Positions 50,186-62,600 of a stretch of 64,000 nt of DNA are shown piece after piece. The notes beneath the pieces are model-generated. The model saw nothing but the letters and a program-made list of their open reading frames with translations, did not search any database and was not told where the DNA came from. Origin of the DNA: Vicugna vicugna (taxonomy: Eukaryota); NCBI GenBank assembly GCA_013265495.1, contig MU057880.1, forward strand, positions 2,200,527-2,264,526. Reading direction: 5' to 3'. The number at the start of each line of letters is the position of its first letter. The first letter of the stretch is position 1. A program made the position numbers and the translations under genes.

Positions 50186-50207
50186 ACTTCCTTCCGGAAG
50201 TGAGTCA
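50186..50207. promoter_or_regulatory. ETS cluster / ETS-AP-1 composite motif
   Basis: acttccttCCGGAAGTGAGTCA: palindromic cttccggaag overlapping into TGAGTCA (50201-50207). Confidence 0.45.
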
Positions 50208-51374
50208 TTATTCTCTGATTCTAAAGTTCTAGCCCTGTTCGTTTATTATAGGATAGTGCTAGAGGTGGAGCCTACAGGCTGTGTAAAGATTCTCTCCCAG
50301 TTAGAGGAAAAGGTTTTGAACACTAGACCAGTGATGCTGTACTAATGTTGTCTGCACTGCGAAACCATGAATGTTTTTGAGCAACAGAATGATACTATCT
50401 ATACCGATCTGTTCATTGTAATGTTGAAATCGTTTTTGTGGTGACTTTTATCCCTAGTCAAATTCATGCTGCTGTATTTCGGTGGCATCCTACTTTCTCA
50501 ACCATTTCACGATGATTGGATCAGACGGGGCTTGCCTGCCCCTTGCTCACACCTTCCCCAACAAACTAAAGACTTCCTTGCTCTCCTTTCCCAGATCGAA
50601 ATCACAGATAACTCTCTATCCCAGCCATTGGCTACTTCCGCAAATATTTGAGTGTCTTGTGTGTACAAAGCCCACGGGTGAGTCCTGCAGTGTGCTGGTT
50701 GAAAGAGAAACCTCGTTCCTTACCTAAGGAGCTTACCATCTGGTTGGGTAGGTGAGCAGCAGAGACCTGATTAGCCTTGTTGCATTTACTGTGTGTGCTG
50801 TGAAAGACAGTCCGGGGCAGCCTCCTCTGAGCAGGGTCCTGTCCTAGCCTGGACAATGATGGGCAGTCTCCGTGAGCCGAGGATGGCCGCTGAGAAGAAA
50901 ATTTGGGATGTGGGTTAAGGGGGTGGGGTGGGGACCCCAAAGAGATGACCTCGGAGGAGGAAACAGTGCTTCTGAATTTCTTGGCACTCCAGTGTTTGTA
51001 ACAGGCATTTAGTATTCATTACATACAAATATGAAGTTGGCTGTTACACCTTGCCTTACTTCCTGATTGTACAATCGTAGAATTTTGGAATTTCTGTTTT
51101 TACCTCCAGTCTCTCGAACAAGGCTTTACATATAGTATTTTCTCAGCGGGATACTTGATTACAGTATATGAATAGTTTTTGCAGGGTTTGGAATGGAATC
51201 AAGAAGAAAGAAGAGATTTTTATAAAAATAGCCTATACCATGCATCACTAATCCTATTATAATTTTGTAAGTTACCTAGAATTATTAAGTTATGGCCCTT
51301 TGAATGTGCCCCTTAAAAACTGTCATAATTTTTAGATTAAAAGAGAGCAATGTTAAAAACGAAACTATCTTTAT

Positions 51375-51501
51375 ATTCAATAACTAACTATAATGAAAAG
51401 TATGTTAAAATATACATTTATTTTTGTAAACTGACTCACTGTGCTGTACACCAGAAACTAACACAAAACTATAAATCAACTATACTTCAGTTTAAAAAAA
51501 A
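51375..51501 (+). mobile_element. Short L1 3' tail
   Basis: ctgtgctgtacaccagaaactaacacaa...atcaactatacttcagtttaaaaaaaa. Confidence 0.8.
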
Positions 51502-51918
51502 CATTTATTAGGAGGATGTGTAGAAGCTATTCATTGTTAAGTGATATTGAAACGGTTAATTTGAGATATTTAAATAAATGCACCCCTCTTTTTAGATTAG
51601 GTATTGTTTTTGACTGCTGAAAGGCATAACACAGCTCTATCTGATCTGTTAATGGAAGATGCATTTCTTGCACAGAGGACAGCATGTTGTGCTTAGCCTT
51701 TGTGCTGCCATGTTTTGCTTTGATGGTGTTTCAGCAAATGAAAGTAGGCTGTTAATGGTGAGAAAGCCATCCACATTTCTTAATTCTAATAAAGATCCTC
51801 TTATCCTAACAAATAACAAGAAAAATAATGTATAGTTTTAATGTTTTAAGCATATTCCTAAGTTCTCACCAGAAATTCTATTTTATGAAGAAGGAACTGA
51901 TGTTATAACCTCATATTT

Positions 51919-52050
51919 ATCTTTTATTTATTTATTCTTCTTAGGGGGAAGGTAATTGGATTTATGCATTTATTTTTCAGAGGAGGTACTGGGGATTGAA
52001 CCCAGGACCTCATGCATGCTAAGCACACACTCTACCACTGAGATCCCCTT
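51919..52050 (-). mobile_element. vic-1-like SINE
   Basis: gaggaggtactggggattgaacccaggacctcatgcatgctaagcacacactctaccactgag. Degenerate TSD taacctcatattta / taaactcacattta. Confidence 0.9.
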
Positions 52051-55000
52051 GTAAACTCACATTTAAAGAAGAGTTAAGCAATGCAATCAGGAGAAATCAG
52101 AGTAACCATGACCCTTAGCGATGTGGACAGTGACTCACGTTTATATAGGCCTCCTCCCTCTTTCTCCTTGTGGTGCCGTCCATAAACCCTGCCTCCAGGG
52201 TCCTCTGTGATTCAGTTTCCTTAGCTATTAACTAGGAGATTAAGTAGTACTTATTTCAAAGATATATATTAGGAAGTATAAACACAATAAGTGATCTGAA
52301 GTTTACTCAAGGATTCTCCCTGTATTTTTATATGTTAAAATATTGTGGGGAAATGATTAGGAATAGAGCTGCTTTCAGTAAGTTTGTGAAGGACAGTGGG
52401 GAAACTTTTTATCTGTTTACTCACATTGTTATTTTGTTTTGTTTGGTTTTTTTTTCTTCTTCCACACAACCAAGTATTTGAATTTGATTCTGTTTCTGTC
52501 CCAAGTTTCCATTTTCTTTCCCATAAGCGTGTATCATCCTTAGGCTGAGTCTGTGTTATTTGTGTTCCGTAGCTCACATCTCCCACAGCTCAGGGGTCTT
52601 GGTTCCCCAGCAATTCACTGATGTTGTAGAACAATCTTAGAATTCTTTCTTCACGTTTCTGTGCTCGGTCATCTTTGATCTGATTTGTTGGGATAATAGT
52701 ACCCTTTGTCTGTGCTGCAGTCATTTTTTTCATAGTATCCGTATATTTATTTTACCACTTACCTTGATTGACTGAAGAGACATCTGGTGGGCGCTGGGTT
52801 TTACTGGCAGGGAGGTGTAGGGACTTTTTCAAGGATCAGCATCTGCTTGGATGAGGGTCACAGTCCCCCTTCAACCAAGTAGAGGGAAGCTTGATGAGCT
52901 TTTAGATCCAGCCAGTTCCCAGTGAGCCAGGCTGTCCTTAATCTTCATGGCCTCCGATTCTGTTATTCTGATCCAAAGGAAGACAGCACAGACACCCGTA
53001 CATCCCTCCACGGGCACTTAGCACCTGTGTTTCTGGGTGCACTCTGCTTGTGACGGGTTAACATTTAACATGTCCGTTTTCACACATGTTAAATGCCATC
53101 TCTCTTAACTTTCTCACACTCACCCATTATGTTTGCTTTGCGTTCTGATGGCTGCAGTGTCTATGTGACCCATCACATAAAAGGCGCTGCATACACCTAA
53201 AGTGACCCAGGTCATTTCAACAGTAAGTTATCAAATAGAGGAGTGTTCATCTTGTCTGACACGTATTCAGTGTTTTTGACCAAGAGGCAGCGGGAGGGAA
53301 GATTCATTTTTTTCAGGTGGGTTGGCTTTTTGGACTTCTTGAGCTAAATCGTATGTAAGCTACTGATTTGTTTTTTTATTTCAGCTGCACTGACGTTCTT
53401 ATATGTGGAGATTCTCCCCGATTGCATGGGATCTGTTTCGCTCATCATAATTTGTAATTATACTTAAGTCTTTATGGTTCCTCCGGGTCTGTCTTAGAAA
53501 CCACTTTAAACGCAAGATGGTCTTTTGTTTGAGTCTTCAAACTGGATATTTAATCAGTGTTTTAAGGATTGAAATAAATATGGATATACAGCCTGTGGCC
53601 TGGAATATTTTACTTCTTAAATTCTTTGAAAGTGGCCATCTTTACAGTCGATTAATTTTTCTTTCCATGTTTATTAGAGGTCAGACAATTTATTAACTGT
53701 ATAATACACAGCTGTGCATTTTCACAGTTATACAGTTGTACAATTATACAACAACATAGTGTGGTTTTTGAACATCTTGTAATTTAATGTCTCACATTAG
53801 AGCTGATGTCCAAAGTGCTGATGAGCTGCTGGCTTTGATTGGAACGTAGAAGGTACGTCGTGTCTGGAATCTGGCCATGCCACACTCCTTCAGTCTTCTA
53901 AATCGCCTGAGAACTGCTCTTGCAAGTGAGGATATGTGCACGTGTGACAGGAGATGCCAAATCTGTTACCTAGCTGTCATTCATGGGTGAACCTGGCTTG
54001 CAGGGATCTGACCAGATTGACTTGTGGTAGTTTCAGACAGTTTAGTAAGAAAGGTCTTTCCAGCACCGAGAGTTTCATAGTCATTGAATTATTTTGCATA
54101 TGTAATTATGATGTCTTTTGCTCAAAGCTGATACATTATTTTTAAAATCTAGTGACAAGACCTATGTACTATATGTGTTCCACAAATGTTTATTAAGATC
54201 GTGATAAGCCCAACGAATGCGCGAGGCCCTTGATATAAAACAATGAGCACATCAGCCTCGGTCCCATCGTCAAGACCTTGACTCCTTTCCTCCAGACTCA
54301 ACTTGGCATTACATGCTTTCACACTTTTTAGCAAAATTATGCCCACCGGCTATTCACTAAATTAGTCACTAAATATTTTTTCCTTAAAATTGAACAACTT
54401 TTCTCTTAAAGGAATAGATTTTTAAAATAGAAGCAACAAGAAATGTCCGTGAAAACAAAGTATCATTTGCAGATGTTTAATATCTATTAGAGTGAATTAT
54501 CAACTGTTAAAATAGCATGGCATTTTTCTGTGCTAACCAAAATCATATGAACAACTCCTAGCGGTACAATTCCCATGCTTTCAGCCACCAGGGTTCTGAC
54601 CTGGACCACAGAAAGGAGCGGTTGTCATTGTCACCGTGACGTTGGATGTGGGGGATGAGAGCTGTGGTCCAGTGGGTTTTCCTCAGCCAATCAGCGAGCT
54701 TCTAATACTGATGGGTGGAAGGCAGTTGGAAAAACCTAGTGTTTGAAAGGGTCAGTTGTAATAAATAGTAAGTGTTTTGTGTCTTATGTGAAGCTCATTA
54801 TGGGTTTAACGCTATGTATACATTCTTGGTCAGTGTAAGAGTTTTTTAACAAAAGACTAACCAACAGTCCGAATGAATTTTGTAATTCATAGAAATCCCA
54901 AAATGCATATGTACCTCAGTGCTTACTGTGTACAGAGTCATTCTTCTCAAAGATGGAACCATTTGAAATTCTATATTCAGTAGAATTAACGGGGAGGGTT

Positions 55001-55962
55001 GAAAAGGAAAACACAATCAGGTGTATTTTGTGGCCATAAGTAATGTCCATCTAGTTAAGGAGATAAAACTTAAACATACCCTTCAGTTAAAGAGTAGTGA
55101 AGGCCTGTGAGCATCCATTGCAGGTTGTGGGAGTCAGACAGGTGGGCCCCAGACGTTCGGATGGGATGAGGTCACGGTGGGCCGTGTGCGCGTCCCACCC
55201 TGGCCGGCCCTTTGGAGCTTTGGGTCAACAGGGTCCTCCAGTTGGAGTGCACCAAAGCGGCACCACCAGCGGTGTCTGCTAATGTGTGTGCTGAGAAAAA
55301 CAAATCCTCACCAGCTTTTGGCGTTTGAAGACCTAGCCTCGTGTGCATTTCCTTCAGGCCATAGCCTGCTGGCTTTGGTTTCCCAGAAATCCACACTTCT
55401 GGTCCATTGTTCTGCACTTGGATTTAGTGATGTGTGTGCCTGTGCCTGTGTGTGTACAAGTAAACTTCATCACATCATATTTAGGGAAAGCACGGTAAAT
55501 GGCAGCAGCTGTGACTGCTGTGGTAAAGTGGCCCCGGTGTGGCTGGAGTGGGCAAGCTGTTATTCTTAACCTGCAGCGGGAAATTAGAGGTTTAGCGATC
55601 TTATATTGTGTGTGGGTTTTCTTAAGAGGTTTATTTTTATAACCTTAAATTAGGGTTTTTATTATTCATTCTTTAATTAGTTTTATTCCTTTAAAATGTG
55701 CCATTCAATGATTGAGAACCAAAAAAAGTGCAGATTTATGAGGAAAACTGTTTGAGAGCTAGTCTTTAGAGTCCTGTAACAGGCAGGCACACAGGGCTAA
55801 AATTCCGAAATCGACATGTCCTTGGCTCCACCTTTATATTTCTGTGTACAACACATGATCAAGATTCCAATGTTTATTTACAGTAATACTGACGTGTTAC
55901 AGACTAGCCTGTAGCTTTAAAAAAAAGTTTTTATTTAAGCTTGTGCATAAAGTAGTTAAGCG

Positions 55963-56170
55963 CTATATACATACATATATATATATTTATTGAAGTGTAG
56001 TTGATTTGTAATGTGTTTCTGGCGTTCAGCATAGTGATTCAGTCATACATATATATGCATATTCTTTTTCATATTTTCCATCATAGGTTATTACAAGATA
56101 CTGAATATACAGTTCCCTGTGCTGTACAGTAGGTCCTTGTTTATCTATTTTATATACAGTAGTGTGTACC
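55963..56170 (-). mobile_element. Short L1 3' tail with (TA)n-converted tail
   Basis: tttattgaagtgtagttgattt...agttccctgtgctgtacagtaggtccttg. Confidence 0.85.
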
Positions 56171-58489
56171 TTAAGCAGTATATTCTAAGCGGTGTATTTG
56201 CTTTAATAAATTTTCCTGGATTCTGTCATAACTCATTTTCAGTTGAATGAAATACTTAAGCACACTTTTTATGAATCCATAAACAAGACATAAATATATA
56301 CATATTGAGCAGAAATGATTGAGAGCACTAAACTAGATGACAGTTGTAACAGATGAGTTCCTTTACGCACGGCCCATTTAGATTAAATTTCCTCATCCCC
56401 CTTGTTTTATTATTATACCTACATCATTTCTTATCTTCATTTGCACCTGTAAACCCCACACTCGGGGTGACACAGTAACTTTTCGGTTAGACTCCCTGGG
56501 TCCTTGTGATTGCGTTCATGTTTTCTGGATTTCCAGTCCTCACCAGGAAAGTATTTTAAAATCTAATCCTTTTCAGCCTATAAATTGCCTAGATTTGTTC
56601 CAGTTCCGTCCATTTGTCTCTGTTTTTAGTGCTAATATTTGCAAGGAATTCCGAACACACTTCCCATCGTAAGCTGATTAAAACCCCTGTGTTGGCATCT
56701 ATTTAAGAGAAGTCACAGCTGTTCCTACAAGCTGAGCAGTTCAGAGGAAGGCGTATGAGGAAGGTGGCCTTTTCCCTCCCACGCTGGTTTCCTTCGCTCC
56801 ATGCCTGGTACACAAAGACGCTCCGCTTGAGAACAGCTGTGCTGTTTACCTCTAGGATTTTCCCTCCACATTTCCTTTCAGTCTTTTGAGTCCCTCAGTG
56901 TTCAGTGTTTTCTTTTATCTGTTCCCCTTTATGTTTCCTTTGTCCAGTTTCTTCAATGAAACTTTCCAACAATGCCACAAAGCATCAATTCTGTCATCGT
57001 GTAACTATAGCAAGATATAATATACAAAAAAGTGGCATTAAAATGGGGGGAAAGGTTGGAATACCTTGTGAACATGGACGGGTGAGGAAGTCATTGAGTT
57101 CTTCGTTGGCAGTGTCTCTGTTCTAAAAGGATTCCTTAATCTTCGTGGTGTTTACGTATCTTCTGTGTAGGGATTGAGCGTGCTTTTGAAGCAGTAACCC
57201 CGTGTTTCTTTTTTTAAAGATAAATTTAGATGAGTAAGCCTGGTGGAAGGAACTTTGTAATGTCAATTTATTTATAGGTGAAGAGGATAAGAGCTATTTA
57301 AATACAGCAGGGGCACCATCTGGTTCAAGAAGATGATGGGGCAGAATTAGTTGCAGAGAAAAAAGACAGCATCCTGCAAAGGGAAAGTTCTTAGAAGCAG
57401 AAGAAAATAATATGTTGTGTTCATCCTTTCCTGCAAGATTTAAGACAAAAGCAAGGCTTGAAGCTCACTTCAGCCTTGTGGCTTTATAACACTAAGAAGT
57501 TTGTTCAGAACACTCTGAACTTTTTCTCCTAATGAAATTCCTTTGGGTGAGATAAACAGATAGGAGTGGGGAGGAGAGGAAAAAGGAAATCCCATGAAGG
57601 TAGAATTAGACAAGCAAAGACTTGTTCGAGTGTAATAAATGTGTGGAAAGAAGAGAAGGGAAGAAGAGATTGGAGGAGACATGAACTGGGGATGTCAGTT
57701 CATCTTCCTTTAGCAGATCCTCCTGGTTTGGCCATGATGCTGGTCCTTTGGTCTCATTCTAGTGGATGGCAGAATTCCAGAGTCATGAAACAGGACAAAT
57801 CCGATGATCATATAGTCACATGTAAGACATATCATTAGATCAATATGAATTGATTAACGCAACAAGTACATATTGTGCACCTCCTTGGGACAACGGATTA
57901 TGCTAATTGCTGGAAATGCAGCAATGAGAGATACAGACAAGATGCTGGCTGTCAAGGAACTCACCTTCTGGAAGGGAGGGATGGGCAGTGGAGCAGATGT
58001 CTGTTATGTAAGACGGTATCAGACCTGTAAGTACCATAGAGAAACTGAAAGTGATGTGATGAGGAACCCATGGGAAATAAAGTGGAAAAACTATCCTATT
58101 CATAATAGCTACAAAGTTATTACCATTTAATTCACCTGAAAAAGGATGTGCGGGGTCTTTGTGACAATAATGAAAATGTTATTGAAACAGTAGCTCGACA
58201 ACTGTTAAAGGCTGTGAATGTGACTTCAGTGGGGTTGTGTCTCTTCTGTTGATGGGTGAGTGAGCTAAGATTTAGAAAATTTGAACATCTGACATTTTCG
58301 AGGAGGATAGCTGTGGTTACTGTGGTCACCGGGCATCTGTTTGTGTTCCACACCCTTAGATTCAGCTCTGGGAAGTTGTCACACATCTGATGTTGGCATT
58401 TCCTAGGTGACAAAGGCACACTGATCAGAAGTTTTATACCATTCCTTTCATTTTCAGTAGCTGTCTTTGGAGTTGTTCTAACAGTCTTA

Positions 58490-59075
58490 AAAAGAAAATA
58501 AACACATGGAATGTAAATACATGAAGAGAGGAATACCACATTTGCTGGCAGTGGAATTTAATATTACAGTTATGTACAGTGTCGTCCATTAATTTTATAA
58601 ATTAAACATAATTTGAATGAAATTCTTGTAGAATTTCATGGAAATTGATTAGCTAATCTGAAAGCTGATATAGAACAGTATATGGCCGTGAGTGGCCAAG
58701 GCATCAAAGCTTATTATAAAGACATAGTAACTATATGATGTTTTTGTATAAGAACAGGCAAAACTGTACAATGGAAAAGAACAAAAGACCAGAAATTGAT
58801 TGACGTACATATAGCAGTTTGGTTTACGAGACAGAGAAGGGAGAAATGTTTAGAATATTGACCATCTATATGGGAAAGTAAATGAAATTAAACATGACTC
58901 ATCCCATAAACAAAAATATGTTTTTAGAAACATTCAGGGGTGAAATATAAAAGAATATCCTTTTGACTTATAAGACATGGTTTATTAAATAAGACACAAA
59001 AGACTCACACTTTGACTATTAAAATTAAACTATTGTGTGTGTATGACAAAAACCACACCAAAGTTAAAAAAAATC
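58490..59075 (+). mobile_element. Ancient L1 (L1M/L1ME) ORF2 remnant
   Basis: A-rich, with gaaattgattagctaatctgaaagctgatatagaa...caatggaaaagaacaaaagaccagaaattga...accatctatatgggaaa. Confidence 0.6.
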
Positions 59076-59173
59076 AAATAGCTTTCCTCTCAATTGTATT
59101 CATTTAAAAATTCACTCTAATAGAAGCAAACATGAATAAGCATATTTGGTGAAATGTGTTTACTTCCTGAGTT

Positions 59174-59650
59174 TGTTACCAAGTCCAAACTCATTTGAAC
59201 TGGCCAGTAAATTGGGAGACAAAGTGTTGGAGCCAGGAATAATGACTTTATTTGGAAAGCTGGCAGACCAAGAAGATGGGGGACTAATGTCCTGGAGAAC
59301 CATCTTCCCCAAGTCAGAATTCAGGCTCCTTTTATACTAAAAAGGTAGGGGACGTGGTTGGTTGTTGCAGACTTCTTGGTATCAGAATCCTTTGTTCTAG
59401 CAACTGTCCACGTGGGTCAGGTCACAGTGTTCCTGTAAACCTCCAAGATGACATGTTAGTTTCTGTTATGCAACTTTCTATCTCTATATGAATGGGAAAG
59501 TGTTACACTCTTAAAGGTTGGAGCCTTGAGGATGGGCTGTCCTGTCTGTTTCAGGCTCCAGGCAACATTCTTTTACAAAAGGTGCAGAACCAGCGTGACT
59601 GAGCCCAGGACGTATTCAATATGGAGTCAGATTTGTTCTTCCCTGTTACA
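59174..59650 (-). mobile_element. Complete solo ERV1-class LTR (477 bp)
   Basis: TGT...ACA termini and 4-bp TSD AGTT (59170-59173, 59651-59654). Minus-strand TATA (gtataaaagg, ~59330) and AATAAA (~59247-59252) lie in U3-R order. Confidence 0.9.
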
Positions 59651-62024
59651 AGTTTATTCCTTAAGGAAGTATGGGGTTACCAGTATTCATTTTAATATGG
59701 GAGACTTGTTTCACTTATAGATGTGTCCAAGTAGTACACAAATATACTGTTGCTTGAAGATGGGTCACTGGGCTGGAGAACAGAGACTTCATTAAGGAAG
59801 AGGGAGGTTTCCACGTGAGCTAATGCATGATCTATATTGAAGACAGTTACAGAAACAACAGTAACCAGTACGCATTGACCATTGCCTGTGTGCTGGACCA
59901 TGTTTTATTTAAAAGTCGTCTCAGTCGTATTACATTGGCCATGTAATGGCAGAAACAAAAGTGAAAGTCAAAAATAATGAAAATTTGAGGCTCACTGGCT
60001 GGCGAAATGGGGATTCCATTAGTAGAAACTAGAAAAACAACATAGAAAATGGACTGGACCTTACAAATGAGTTTGGAGTAGGATGCATTGATTTAAAGGG
60101 CTAGTGAGACCCCTGGGAATGTGATTTTGTGACTTGGAAGAGTTCTGAGCTATTACTATAGATGTAAAGAGCATATGCTTGTGGAAGAGACTGACTTCAA
60201 TCCAAGAGGTATTTTAGGCTGCCAGGGATTTGGAAGAAGACTGAGAATAACATCTTAGAAAAGAACAAACTCCCAGTGTACAAGGAGACAGTTCTGTAGA
60301 CGCGAAGACATCTGAAGAAGCAAAGGGAGTAGGAGGGGTGCCAGATAACAAAAATAAACCAATCAAAAGATCAATCAGTTTCTGTCATATCTTCTTCCCA
60401 TTGGTGATTGGTGGTTCGTTGATAGAAAACAGTTTAAAAAATCAGTCTCTGAAAATGTCTGAGAAAATAGTACAGGCTTCTAATTTCGGAGAGTTATTTT
60501 TACACATCCATTCTTTCCTTGGCTGTTTTAGTTCATTGTCAAGCATTGTTAAATTGATCCTTTGACAGATGCACCAACCCATCATTTATGTTTTCAGTGT
60601 TGGTGACAGATAATCCTTAAATAACAATGTTTGCCCAGGAATCCTTTTCAGAACCGTCTATTTTTGCAGTACTAAAATTTTATTTGACTTTAAAATGACC
60701 TGTGAAAGATTTGGTTTCCAACTCCACAATTTGTTTTACATTAGATAAAAATGTTTCATTTGAAGTTCCAAAATGCTTCTCTTTCTTTTTAGTGGCAGGT
60801 ATGAGTGGTATTTGCATGACATTCATAGTCTTTAATTTACTGCCTCTATTGTCACAAAATATTTATTCATTTAATTTCTTCCCATGATGTTATTTTTGTC
60901 AGTGAGTGAAATGCTTTAGACTTTTTTGCTTGAATTTAACTTTCACATTTTTCTTTTACACTCACATAGATTCTTAGCAGTCCCATCAATTCTTTGGTAT
61001 TTAAAGGTTTATGGTTTTAATTTTAGCGACTCTGTTTAATATAGAGAAAGCATTAAAACTAGCTATAATCACATGCTTGTGAACCACAAGAGAGACCATC
61101 ACTTAAAACATGAACCTCCTGAGGTTATGTTGAATATTTTTCAATTCTCTAAACCTTCTCTAGATGACTGGCTGGTTTTCTTGAGGTCACAGCAGAGTGT
61201 GGGAGAATTGGCAGTAAGTTCTTTTGGATTTATAGGCACACACACCTGGCCATGGCTGTGATGTTAAAACGGTGGCTTTCTACCACCTTCCACCACCTGG
61301 ACCATCCCCAGCCCCCACCATCTCTTGGGCAAGAAGAAGCCTTAAAGATTATGAATATGGAGACATTATATGCTTTTAAAAGTCACTTGGTTCAAGAGGT
61401 AGAAGGGTCCCCTAGTATTATTGCTTGGAGCTTTGTAGTTCAAGTATGTAACACCTGAGTAGGTAGCAGTGACCTGGACCTCCCCCCCGACCCCTGTAGC
61501 AGCCTGGCTCCACAGCTGGTGCCCTGAACTCAGTAGGCAATCAACGAATATTTGTTGACTGTGACACTTAGTTACAGTTCTGAAGTCTAATTCTAGTTAG
61601 ATATGTTCTATATGTGATTTACTAAAAATTTCAGCTTCATGTGCATGCTAAAATATTTTGCTCTTGACTGAAATGTAAAATTTGGGGGTGAAGACATTTT
61701 TGTCATTATAATTGAATCCCCCTTTTAGGATTTTTATTCTACTGGACTTTTTATGGAGAAGGGATAATGTGAAAAATTAAGGAGATCACAGTTACTGAAT
61801 TGTCTTCTCTGTCCTGTTTACACTCTGCAATGATAAGTAGAAAATAATGGTGATTCCAGAGCATTATATGAGCCTGAAGCCAATGATAATTTAGAAGATA
61901 CTCACTGTGCACTATTTTCCCATAAATTTTCTGTACCATGCTGACTAAAGAAAGAAACTACTGAATGTATATTGGTCAAGAGAAAACCGTTTCAGTTACA
62001 ATTATTGAGTAAAAAAACATAGTT

Positions 62025-62167
62025 ATGTATATAATACATATATATATATATACATATATATCTAGATATATATATCTAAATATATATGGCCATATATATA
62101 TACATATATATCTAGATATATATATCTAGATATATATGGCCATATATATATCTAGATATATATGGCA
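62025..62167. repeat. AT-rich palindromic compound microsatellite with 50-bp tandem unit
   Basis: 62051-62100 and 62101-62150 differ at one base. Built from (TA)n, tctaga and tggcca palindromes. Confidence 0.9.
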
Positions 62168-62174
62168 CTGTTAT

Positions 62175-62308
62175 ATTTTTGTGTTTTTTCCTTTTTGGCG
62201 GGTGGTAATTAGGTTTATTTATTCATTTTTAATGGAGGTACTGGAGATTGAACCCAGAACCTCGTGCATGCTAAGCACACATTCTACCACTGAGCTCTAA
62301 CCTCCCCC
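62175..62308 (-). mobile_element. vic-1-like SINE
   Basis: ggtaattaggtttatttattc...ggaggtactggagattgaacccagaacctcgtgcatgctaagcacac...actgagctctaacctcccc. Confidence 0.9.
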
Positions 62309-62419
62309 TGATTTTTTTTTCATCCCTAATTGCTAAATTGGTTACTCTTTTACACTGATGTTGTCTTACCAAACTGGTACTGAGTTTGTTCGGCTTTCTG
62401 ATGGGCATGTTATTTTTGA

Positions 62420-62600
62420 GTAGAGCGTTCTTAACCTTGATTATTCATAGGTAAAAGGGTTCCTGGATACTTTCTTGGGGCCGGGTGAGTCCTGTGAAAT
62501 TGTATGCCACTGTGTGAAAACTATGAGAGTCTGTACTGAGAGATATAATTTTCTGGCTTGAACGCTCCTGCCTTTCATCAGATTCTCAGAACTTTCTCAA
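62420..62600 (+). mobile_element. hAT-Charlie-like relic
   Basis: gttcttaacc...tgtgaaattgtatg...ctttcatcagattctca. Confidence 0.4.

Noticed and set aside
2936..52137. Scattered AP-1 heptamers (TGAGTCA/TGACTCA)
   Set aside because: The count is roughly what chance gives for a 7-mer in 64 kb. Only the ETS-linked one is reported.
34370..57330. CTCF-like motifs (~34372, ~52780, ~55262, ~57313)
   Set aside because: Each has mismatches in the GGCGC core and cannot be supported without PWM scoring.
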